DNA of 58,243 nt, taken from Mitosporidium daphniae (lineage: Eukaryota). Of the stretch, positions 38,173 to 45,977 are shown piece after piece. The stretch spans positions 1 through 58,243 of the forward strand of contig NW_013546611.1 of the NCBI RefSeq assembly GCF_000760515.2. Reading direction: 5' to 3'. The notes below the pieces were generated by a model. That model did no database searches. It saw only the letters and a list, made by a program, of their open reading frames with translations, and had not been told where the DNA came from. A program made the position numbers and the translations under genes. Position 1 is the first letter of the stretch. Every line of letters begins with the position of its first letter.

Positions 38173-38682
38173 TTATAAGAAATCATGCGGGGTCTCTGGC
38201 TTTTTCAGCTCAGGGAACCACAGCCCAATTTCATACTCTGCACTTTTGAGCGAATCAGAGCCATGGATAACATTTGAATCCGTTTCAATCGCAAAATCCC
38301 CGCGGATCGTTCCAGGCGCCGATGTTGCTGGGTTGGTTTGCCCCATCATAGCCCTAGTGACACTTACAACAGACGTTCCTTGTAAAACCAACGCCATGAC
38401 TGGCCCACTCTTCATAAATCTGGCAAGCCCAGGGTAAAAAGACTTTGAAGTATGTTCATGATAGTGTTTTTCAAGCAGTTCGTCAGTCGCAACCATCAGC
38501 TTAGCAGCAGCAATCTTGAAGCCTCTTTGCTCAAACCTTTGAAGAATGCAGCCGATTAGTCCGCGCTTAACCGCGTCAGGCTTGAGGATGACCAATGTGT
38601 GTTCGCATCCAGAAGAAGCCATGGAGATATGAAAAAGCGTGAAAAGTGATGTGATTAAAAGGAGCAGAGATTTATTGATCAT
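38173..38682 (-). CDS. NDK1: Nucleoside diphosphate kinase with N-terminal hydrophobic leader
   Basis: EHTLVILKPDAVKRG, SGPV, PGTIRGDF, NVIHGSDS (catalytic His), EIGLWF. Confidence 0.95.
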   Translation of the reverse strand: MINKSLLLLITSLFTLFHISMASSGCEHTLVILKPDAVKRGLIGCILQRFEQRGFKIAAAKLMVATDELLEKHYHEHTSKSFYPGLARFMKSGPVMALVLQGTSVVSVTRAMMGQTNPATSAPGTIRGDFAIETDSNVIHGSDSLKSAEYEIGLWFPELKKPETPHDFL

Positions 38683-38726
38683 GCAAAAAATAAATTTGTA
38701 ATAATTCCTTAAATTCCAAATTTAAA

Positions 38727-38809
38727 GGCAAGATGGTCGAGTGGTCTAAGACGACAGGTTTAGGCCCTGTTCTACATTGTAGGCGTGGGTTCAAATCCCA
38801 CTCTTGTCA
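38727..38809 (+). tRNA. tRNA-Leu (anticodon TAG)
   Basis: Acceptor stem ggcaaga/tcttgtc, D-arm tggtcgagtggtctaag, anticodon arm acagg-ttTAGgc-cctgt, long variable arm, T-arm gtgggttcaaatcccac. Confidence 0.96.
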
Positions 38810-38815
38810 TTTTTT
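38810..38815 (+). terminator. Pol III oligo(T) terminator
   Basis: T6 run directly after the tRNA discriminator base. Confidence 0.8.
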
Positions 38816-38963
38816 GGCCAATAAAATTTTAAATCCAATTGATCTGCGTCCGATCTGTGTGGTATGTTGGCAACCGATGATGATATCCATTCATCTATAA
38901 ATTTGTTGATCATGTGTACGACACGACCAACAATATTTTGAGGACCGATCTATTTTCTTAAAA

Positions 38964-39455
38964 ATGGCATCTCCATTCGAATTTCTTAATAAAAACGGGT
39001 ATCACCATCATTTTTGCGCCTGTCTGTTTTCGCCGCTTGAATGTCTTTTGGCTTTTTTTATTCCTTGGTAAAATTTGGGCGTAGTTAACCCTCTAGTATT
39101 CTTACTGCAAAAGTAAAGGCCACGTTGGACAAAAAGGATTTTGACTTTCCATCATGTTTTTGCTGGCCCTTTGCCGTTTTAAGAAATAGGCTTATGATTC
39201 AAGATCTTCATAAGGACGAATTAAAGGAAGATTCAAACAGGTTTGGTGTTTCCTTTTTATTGTCAAAGCTCAATCTTTGCGGTCGCCCTCTTTCCATTCT
39301 GTGCATTGGTCCAGGATGCACACGAAACAATGTACAGAAAGAAAAATCAAACACTCGTGTTTTCGGCAGCTGCATCGGGGTCCAGAAATAGTATACGTGC
39401 ACCAGAACCAATCGAGCCTCCAAGTGAGAAACGCGCTCGCGACGAGAGTGTATGA
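38964..39455 (+). CDS. PLAC8-family cysteine-rich protein (3 exons; introns 39068-39096 and 39241-39268)
   Basis: Spliced: MASPFEFLNKNGYHHHFCACLFSPLECLLAFFIPCILTAKVKATLD..SCFCWPFAVLRNRLMIQ..AVALFPFCALVQDAHE..*. The frame is preserved across both GT-AG introns and AATAAA follows the stop. Confidence 0.8.
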
Positions 39456-39470
39456 AAAATAAAAATAAAT

Positions 39471-42368
39471 TTATTTTTTCGACCCAGGTTGTCTTTCCTT
39501 GGCTTTCTGTTTAATAGACTTTTTCTGAGCTTTCTGGATTTTTTGCAGGACTTGAGTTGGGCCGGCAACTTTACAATTTTGGATCATGATATTGATCATG
39601 GTCTCTTCCTTTATCTTTTTGATAAGCGAGTACATCCTTTTGGCCAGATCCTTATCTTTTTCATGAGAAGTCTGTGAAAGACAAATGGAGGTCGCTGTTT
39701 TTACGGCCTTGCCTTTTTTCAAGTTACCAGGGGTCAATTTGACACTGCAAGCAAGGTTTTGAATTGAGGACCAGGGTCCACAAACTGCAATTGAATAGCT
39801 AAGGACATCCTCGGGCCGTGGGTTTCCCGTAAAAGATTCGATAATGGAGGTAGATATGATCTCATCGGAGTAGGACTCTTCATCAGAATGCACGTCCAAT
39901 CCATCGTCGACACCTGCATAGGTGTCTCTCGGAACCTCTTCATCTTCACAAAGTCTAATCACTTGGTCCTGCATGTTAATAGACTTGGTCGTCTCATGCG
40001 GGTCTGCTGCCTCTGTAGATAGGGATGCACCGATGACAGATGTATCGTCAACAACATCAGCACTGATGTTGGTATTTTTAACAGGAAACCTTCGCTGAAG
40101 ATGTCTTTCTGCATCTTGAGTGCCAAGAATTTCCATCCGGGCAAGTGCCTCCTCAATGTCCTGCTGTTGGTATTTCTTTTTAATCTTTTTCAACTTTCCT
40201 CGAGTTCCTCGAACAGAATGCAAAGGAACCACCACATCCTTTTTTGAGTCCACTTTAGAAGATTTGGTCTCATTTTGATTGGTACTTTTTTTCTTCGATT
40301 CCTTTTTTTGGGTAGTCTTGGGCGTGGTTTTATTCAGACCGCGTTCCTCGATCACCTTTGAAACACGAGCAATTCTGATTTCTTCATTTTTCAAAAATTC
40401 GGGGTCAAGAATAGCATCGGCAGAATAGCAGCGGGTAGATGGCAGCTCTTGTTGAGCAGCATCTTTAGCCAAAGTTATTTGTCGATGCCTTTCTATAGAT
40501 TCAGAGTCGCCCAGTTTGAACAAGAACCCGAACCCATAAACCAATTGAGAAGGTGCTATGAAGTTTTTTTTTCCATATATCATAAATGAACCAGGTGTCA
40601 AATATAGCCCTGTGGGTGGGCTCTTTGAGACTTGGCTTGAATAAACCCAATATGCGCTGGTCACGATATTGCAAGTCCAAGCGGAGGATAAACACACGGC
40701 CATGGATGCTGCTTGTGAAAGCGTGGCTGGCGGTGCATTCCATTGATCTTCTGCCTCACCAACGGGACATTTTATCAGCACTGAGGGTGAGCCCTGTAAT
40801 TCTGCGTGAAGGTAAATGTCTCGCGAGCCCATGTATTTTTTGACAACAAGCTCGTTTTGCGAAGAATTTGTACCAGCTACCACAAGGATGTTATCTGAAG
40901 AGATGAACCAAGAAAATTTTTCAAACCACATGATCTTCCTCATCGGGGTCTTGTCGATGGAGTTAGGTAGCTTTGATAGCGCCTCTTTCAAGTCAAAGTC
41001 GATTTTGCGCAAAGAAGAGGCAATTGCCTTCGATTGCGCCTCGACGGTTTTTTCGCACTTTGAGGCAATTGCTCTCCGTTCATTATACCACCATTGAGCA
41101 TTGGCTCTTGCGGAAAGAGAGAGCTCAAGAGAAATAGTGAGCATCAAAGAAGAGCTTGAGGATGAAGAGCAAGGAAGAAGGACTTTCATTGAATTTCTAT
41201 AAAAGTCAAGCGAGTCTATAATGCAGGCCACCGAGTTTCCCTTCTCCTTCTCTTTTTTAACAAGTATGAAAACTTCATCCCACGACATTCCGGTGGCAAG
41301 CGCAGATTGGATGGCCCAAAGCGCAGCATTAACCAGATCTTCATTTTCTTCAATAGCCAGAGCCTTTTCAAAGGCATCTGCTTCAGAAGATTTCAGCTCG
41401 ACGATTCTCATATCCAGCGTTTCCCTAACTGCCGCCTTCCTTTGTTCTGCAGTAGCTTTCAAGTTTCTTTCCCTTTCAGCAGCAAGCTCTGATTCGATGG
41501 TTGCATAAAAAAAGTCCACACACGCTGCAAAAGAAGGATGCTTATCGACTACAAAGGACCCTTCCATCAACGGGAAAGGGACAGGAGAATATTCCTGCAA
41601 AGACCCTGAATCTGATCTCAGGATGTGGCCGGAAAAAGAATCTTCGTAAGACGAGATTTTTGCAATAACAGACTTAATATCGCGATTGCCACTCGTATAT
41701 AGCGATATGGCCTCTTGTGCAAGGATCGTAGATCCCTTGAAAAATGGAGAAAGAGACACCAGTTTTTTTGGATTAGAGCATGAAGCTAAAGCCTTTGCGA
41801 GCGATGCTTCCACATCGGAGTCTTGCAAGTGCGAAGCATATTGACGATACGCCATATTTACGTTGATACTGAGTTTCTCGGTTTCAACTATTCGCAGCAG
41901 CGCCAAAATCCGATCGCCGGCATCGGTAATAATGACATTGCCCGAGGAGTACAATTCAAAGTAAATTTTAAACTCGTACTCTTCCCCAACGCCAAATATC
42001 ATCCTGATAACCCGATCATTGCCTAATTGTTCCAAAGATGTCATTCTTTTTCCCTTTATATATTGTCGAAGCTTGACTAGAAATGCAGATGGAGCAAGTG
42101 CGCTGGACAGCGATTTGAATGAAATATCATATACGGTGGGGTGGAATCTAATTCCCGACTCTAGTAAGAGGAAAACCTTTGGCGGGTGCAACTTGTCGTC
42201 CAACGAGGAAATGGCATCCGATCTGGTCAGCTTCAGTACAAAGGCCTTTTGGGACAGCTGGTATACATTTTGCACGCGATATGGCGAACTAGAGCATGGG
42301 AAAAGAGTGTATTTAAGCTCTTTGCTCATTGCGTGAACATCGAGAGTGGTGAATCGTTGCTTGACCAT
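39471..42368 (-). CDS. RQC2: Ribosome quality control factor Rqc2/NEMF
   Basis: MVKQRFTTLDV, LLLESGIRFH, GNDRV, ELYSSGNVIITD, WFEKFSWFISSD, QVSKSPPTGLYLTPGSFMIYGKKNF, VKLTPGNLKKGKA. Confidence 0.92.
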   Translation of the reverse strand: MVKQRFTTLDVHAMSKELKYTLFPCSSSPYRVQNVYQLSQKAFVLKLTRSDAISSLDDKLHPPKVFLLLESGIRFHPTVYDISFKSLSSALAPSAFLVKLRQYIKGKRMTSLEQLGNDRVIRMIFGVGEEYEFKIYFELYSSGNVIITDAGDRILALLRIVETEKLSINVNMAYRQYASHLQDSDVEASLAKALASCSNPKKLVSLSPFFKGSTILAQEAISLYTSGNRDIKSVIAKISSYEDSFSGHILRSDSGSLQEYSPVPFPLMEGSFVVDKHPSFAACVDFFYATIESELAAERERNLKATAEQRKAAVRETLDMRIVELKSSEADAFEKALAIEENEDLVNAALWAIQSALATGMSWDEVFILVKKEKEKGNSVACIIDSLDFYRNSMKVLLPCSSSSSSSLMLTISLELSLSARANAQWWYNERRAIASKCEKTVEAQSKAIASSLRKIDFDLKEALSKLPNSIDKTPMRKIMWFEKFSWFISSDNILVVAGTNSSQNELVVKKYMGSRDIYLHAELQGSPSVLIKCPVGEAEDQWNAPPATLSQAASMAVCLSSAWTCNIVTSAYWVYSSQVSKSPPTGLYLTPGSFMIYGKKNFIAPSQLVYGFGFLFKLGDSESIERHRQITLAKDAAQQELPSTRCYSADAILDPEFLKNEEIRIARVSKVIEERGLNKTTPKTTQKKESKKKSTNQNETKSSKVDSKKDVVVPLHSVRGTRGKLKKIKKKYQQQDIEEALARMEILGTQDAERHLQRRFPVKNTNISADVVDDTSVIGASLSTEAADPHETTKSINMQDQVIRLCEDEEVPRDTYAGVDDGLDVHSDEESYSDEIISTSIIESFTGNPRPEDVLSYSIAVCGPWSSIQNLACSVKLTPGNLKKGKAVKTATSICLSQTSHEKDKDLAKRMYSLIKKIKEETMINIMIQNCKVAGPTQVLQKIQKAQKKSIKQKAKERQPGSKK

Positions 42369-42467
42369 TAGTAAAATTTAGGCACATTTAAAATGAGCGT
42401 AAATTGACAACTTTTTAGTCATTCAATAGGACGTTTACGTAGTTTTTTTTCCCTGTATTCCGTGGTA

Positions 42468-45461
42468 ATGCATTCCTCCACCTCCACCTGTGCTTCTGCC
42501 TCCACCTGTGCTTCTGCTTCGACCTGTGCTTCTGCATCCACCTCTTCACCAGCATCAAGCCTTACTTGGACAGCCTCAAAGGTCCGTAAGGAATTCATCG
42601 ACTTTTTCGTTCAAGGAAATTCCCATACATTCGTTGCCTCCTCTCCTACCATTCCCTTTGAAGACCAGACTCTGCTTTTCGCCAATTCTGGGATGACCCA
42701 GTTCAAGCCCATCTTTCAAGGCACTGTTGATCCAAGTTCGCCATTCGCCAAACTTCGTCGTGCTGCAAATACGCAAAAGTGCATTCGTGCCGGCGGAAAG
42801 CATAATGACTTGGATGATGTTGGAAAGGACACGTATCATCACACCTTTTTTGAGATGCTTGGAAATTGGTCTTTCGGAGACTATTTCAAACGCGAAGCAA
42901 TTGAAATGGCCTGGAAGCTGCTAACTACCGTTTACAAGTTGGATCCGGCCCGTATATATGTCACATACTTTGAGGGAAATCCGGCGCTCGGAATTCCAGA
43001 AGACATCGAAGCAAAGGAGCTTTGGATATCTCAAGGAATCTCCCCCGCCCATCTTCTTCCATTTGGAATGAAAGAAAACTTTTGGGAAATGGGAGAATCC
43101 GGTCCGTGCGGCCCATGTTCCGAAATCCATTATGATCGGATTGGCGGCGGCCGAGATGCATCTCATTTGGTAAATCGCGACGACCCCATGGTTCTTGAGA
43201 TATGGAACCTGGTTTTTATGCAGTTTAATAGAGAAGCAGACGGATCGCTTCGTTTGCTTCCAAACCAGCATGTCGATACAGGGATGGGATTTGAGCGCCT
43301 TGTTTCCGTTTTACAAGAAAAGCCATCAAATTATGATACCGATGTTTTCGAGGGGCTTTTTGAGGCGATCAGAGAAAAGTGTAATGTCCGCCCATACTCC
43401 GGACTTGTTGGGAACGAAGACTTTTGCTCTGGGGGCGGTGGAATCGACACTGCATATCGAGTCATTGCCGATCATATCCGGACGCTTTCCGTAGCGATTT
43501 CGGATGGAGGTTCCCCATCAAACGAAGGAAGAGGGTATGTGTTAAGACGCATTCTTAGACGAGCCATAAGATATGCCCATGAAAAACTGCACGCTGCCCC
43601 TGGATTCTTGTCCTCTCTTGTCCCAGTGGCTGTTGGATCAACAATTGGGGATGCATTCCCAGAGCTCTTTTCCTCGATTCCTCGTATCCAGTCAATTATT
43701 AGCGAAGAGGAGGCCCAATTCAGGAATACGCTTGACAAGGGGATTTTGCAGTTTTCCAAGTTTGTTGAAATGGCCAAAGAGTCATCCCTCTCGACGTTGG
43801 ATGGCGCTTTCGCTTGGAAATTGTACGACACTTATGGCTTTCCGTTCGATCTGACTCTTCTTATGGCTGAGGAGCGGGGACTAACCGTTGACAAGCAAGG
43901 CTATTTGGAAGCCCAGGCATTAGCCAAGGAAATCTCAAAAGGAACATTTGCTTCGTCTTTGCCAAGTTCAAATGATGATCCGCTTTCGGAACAACGACTT
44001 TCTCAATTTGTGCTTGATGTTCACAAACTGGAAGAATTGTCGAGGCTTAAAATACCGCCCACAAATGATGAATCCAAGTATTCTACAGTCTCCGAAAAGC
44101 TAACATCGACGCTGCTGGCAATTTTCAATACCCTTACCAGCGAGCATAATGATAAGCCGTTGGAAAGCCTTTCTGCTTCGACAGAACCGATTCCCTGTGC
44201 TTTGGTCTTTTCCCGCACCAATATGTATGCTGAGGCTGGAGGACAAATCGGAGACTCTGGCTCGATTACTCAGCAAAATACCCTTTTCGTTGACATTAAA
44301 GATGTCCGCCGATTTGGCTCATATGTGGTCCACTTGGGCTTTTTGGCGCCTGGCTCGTCGATTTTTACAAATTCAGAGTACGATCTTTGTTACGATTCGC
44401 AGAAAAGAGCTGCTCTGAGAAGAAACCATACTGGAACTCATCTTTTGAATTGGGCAATTTCATCCACAATTTCTGGCTCTTCTCGAATGGACAAGGTAAC
44501 CGACCAAAAGGGATCGCTCGTGGCTGCAGATCGTTTGCGCTTTGACTATGGAGCACCTAACCCTCCATTGTCAATTGAGGAATTTGTTGAAATTGAACAC
44601 AAAATCAACGCCATCATCCGGACAAATGCCCCTGTGATAACAAAAGTCGTTCCGCTGGCAGAGGCTCGATCAATCCCAAATCTAAGAGCCGTTTTTGGTG
44701 AAATATACCCCGATCCCGTTCGTGTTGTCATGGCAGGAGATGAAGCTTCTGTAGAATTGTGCGGTGGCACCCATGTGTCGTTTTGCGGCGATATTTCCGA
44801 CTTTGTCATTACCCAGGATAATTTGATTGCAAAGGGAATCCGAAGAATCGTGTCTTTGACTGGACCCCAGGCTGCAGAATCAAGATCTGCTGCCAAATCC
44901 ATTAGAGCCGAGTTGGATAGACTCGACCTCAGCGATTCGAAAAATGGCAGCTCTCTTTCCACTTTAAAGTATCTCGCCAAAAAGATTGACGATACCGACC
45001 TTCCGATTTATGAAAAGGCTTCCCTGCGTCAATTGTTAGCTACCGCTAGGAAGCAATGGGACGATGGTGATAAAACCCGCAAAGCAGCCATCCTTCAAAA
45101 CATGATGAAGGAATTTGAGGAAGCACTCTCGATCTCTGAGAAGCCAATCGTTAAGGTTGTTGAGGGAGCCGATGGAAAAATACTTTCATCTGCCTTGGTT
45201 CCCTTTAAAGCCAAGAAAATCCCTGCGCTTTTATTGTCGCACGATGTTGAGAGCGGCGCTATTTGTTTGATTGCATATATCCCCTGTTCGCTTGGAGTTA
45301 CCCCTATTTCTTGGCTTGATGCGATCAATCATTTGATCTCTGCAAGGTACGGCGCTGGTAAGGGAGAAGTTGCACACGGCACCGCAGTTGTTGGCGACGT
45401 TTGCACGGTTAACGAGGCCGTTCGTGAAGCGCGTATGTTTGCCGACAAATATTTCAATTAA
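42468..45461 (+). CDS. ALA1: Alanyl-tRNA synthetase
   Basis: LLFANSGMTQFK, QKCIRAGGKHNDL, HHTFFEMLGNWSFGDYFK, DTGMGFER, editing-site HTGTH and ELCGGTH. Confidence 0.96.
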   Translation: MHSSTSTCASASTCASASTCASASTSSPASSLTWTASKVRKEFIDFFVQGNSHTFVASSPTIPFEDQTLLFANSGMTQFKPIFQGTVDPSSPFAKLRRAANTQKCIRAGGKHNDLDDVGKDTYHHTFFEMLGNWSFGDYFKREAIEMAWKLLTTVYKLDPARIYVTYFEGNPALGIPEDIEAKELWISQGISPAHLLPFGMKENFWEMGESGPCGPCSEIHYDRIGGGRDASHLVNRDDPMVLEIWNLVFMQFNREADGSLRLLPNQHVDTGMGFERLVSVLQEKPSNYDTDVFEGLFEAIREKCNVRPYSGLVGNEDFCSGGGGIDTAYRVIADHIRTLSVAISDGGSPSNEGRGYVLRRILRRAIRYAHEKLHAAPGFLSSLVPVAVGSTIGDAFPELFSSIPRIQSIISEEEAQFRNTLDKGILQFSKFVEMAKESSLSTLDGAFAWKLYDTYGFPFDLTLLMAEERGLTVDKQGYLEAQALAKEISKGTFASSLPSSNDDPLSEQRLSQFVLDVHKLEELSRLKIPPTNDESKYSTVSEKLTSTLLAIFNTLTSEHNDKPLESLSASTEPIPCALVFSRTNMYAEAGGQIGDSGSITQQNTLFVDIKDVRRFGSYVVHLGFLAPGSSIFTNSEYDLCYDSQKRAALRRNHTGTHLLNWAISSTISGSSRMDKVTDQKGSLVAADRLRFDYGAPNPPLSIEEFVEIEHKINAIIRTNAPVITKVVPLAEARSIPNLRAVFGEIYPDPVRVVMAGDEASVELCGGTHVSFCGDISDFVITQDNLIAKGIRRIVSLTGPQAAESRSAAKSIRAELDRLDLSDSKNGSSLSTLKYLAKKIDDTDLPIYEKASLRQLLATARKQWDDGDKTRKAAILQNMMKEFEEALSISEKPIVKVVEGADGKILSSALVPFKAKKIPALLLSHDVESGAICLIAYIPCSLGVTPISWLDAINHLISARYGAGKGEVAHGTAVVGDVCTVNEAVREARMFADKYFN
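42483..42542 (+). repeat. 18-bp coding tandem repeat x3.3 (STCASA) at the AlaRS N-terminus
   Basis: tccacctgtgcttctgcc / tccacctgtgcttctgct / tcgacctgtgcttctgca / tccacc. Confidence 0.9.
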
Positions 45462-45508
45462 AATAAGCCACTTTAACGAAATGTTTATTGCCAAACAAAC
45501 TAGACCCT

Positions 45509-45935
45509 CTATTGAGGGTCAACCAAAAGTTCTTTAGGCGGTTCTAGGTTCCCCGGAAAGCGGTTCTCCTCAACATACGAATCCCATTTAGAAATCTACA
45601 AATCAGAAAACCATGAGCGTCCCTACCCAGAGAGGCGGACACATGATTTTATAGATCCATCTGAAATGTTCACAAGGCTTGTAATGGTCGCCCTTAGCGC
45701 GAATGCACTTTTGATAATCTACGTAATTTTGCCAGCAATGTTTGGTTTGATTCTGGTGTGGAAATCTAGCATCATATGGAGCGGTCTCCAGTTTGAGTTG
45801 CATTTGATCAAACAAGAGTGCATTTGCCTTTCCCCGCAGGTCCTCTAATTGAGCAAGTTGAGCCTCGGCCTCTAAATCGGCCTCCGACTTGAACGGCTGG
45901 TCGATGAGCTCCTCATTTTCTGGGATGATAATCAT
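45509..45935 (-). CDS. COX12: Cytochrome c oxidase subunit 6B (Cox12), 1 intron
   Basis: TAPYDARFPHQNQTKHCWQNYVDYQKC..KG..C......CPPLW, intron, then ISKWD..RFPG; CX9C-CX10C motif. Confidence 0.92.
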
Positions 45936-45977
45936 TTTATAAATGGCACAAAAATTGCCTGTAAAATGGTGGGCGTT

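Noticed and set aside
38830..39460. Apparent structured ncRNA with TAACCC motif downstream of the tRNA
   Set aside because: Explained by the three-exon PLAC8 gene; the TAACCC is the branch-point region of intron 1.
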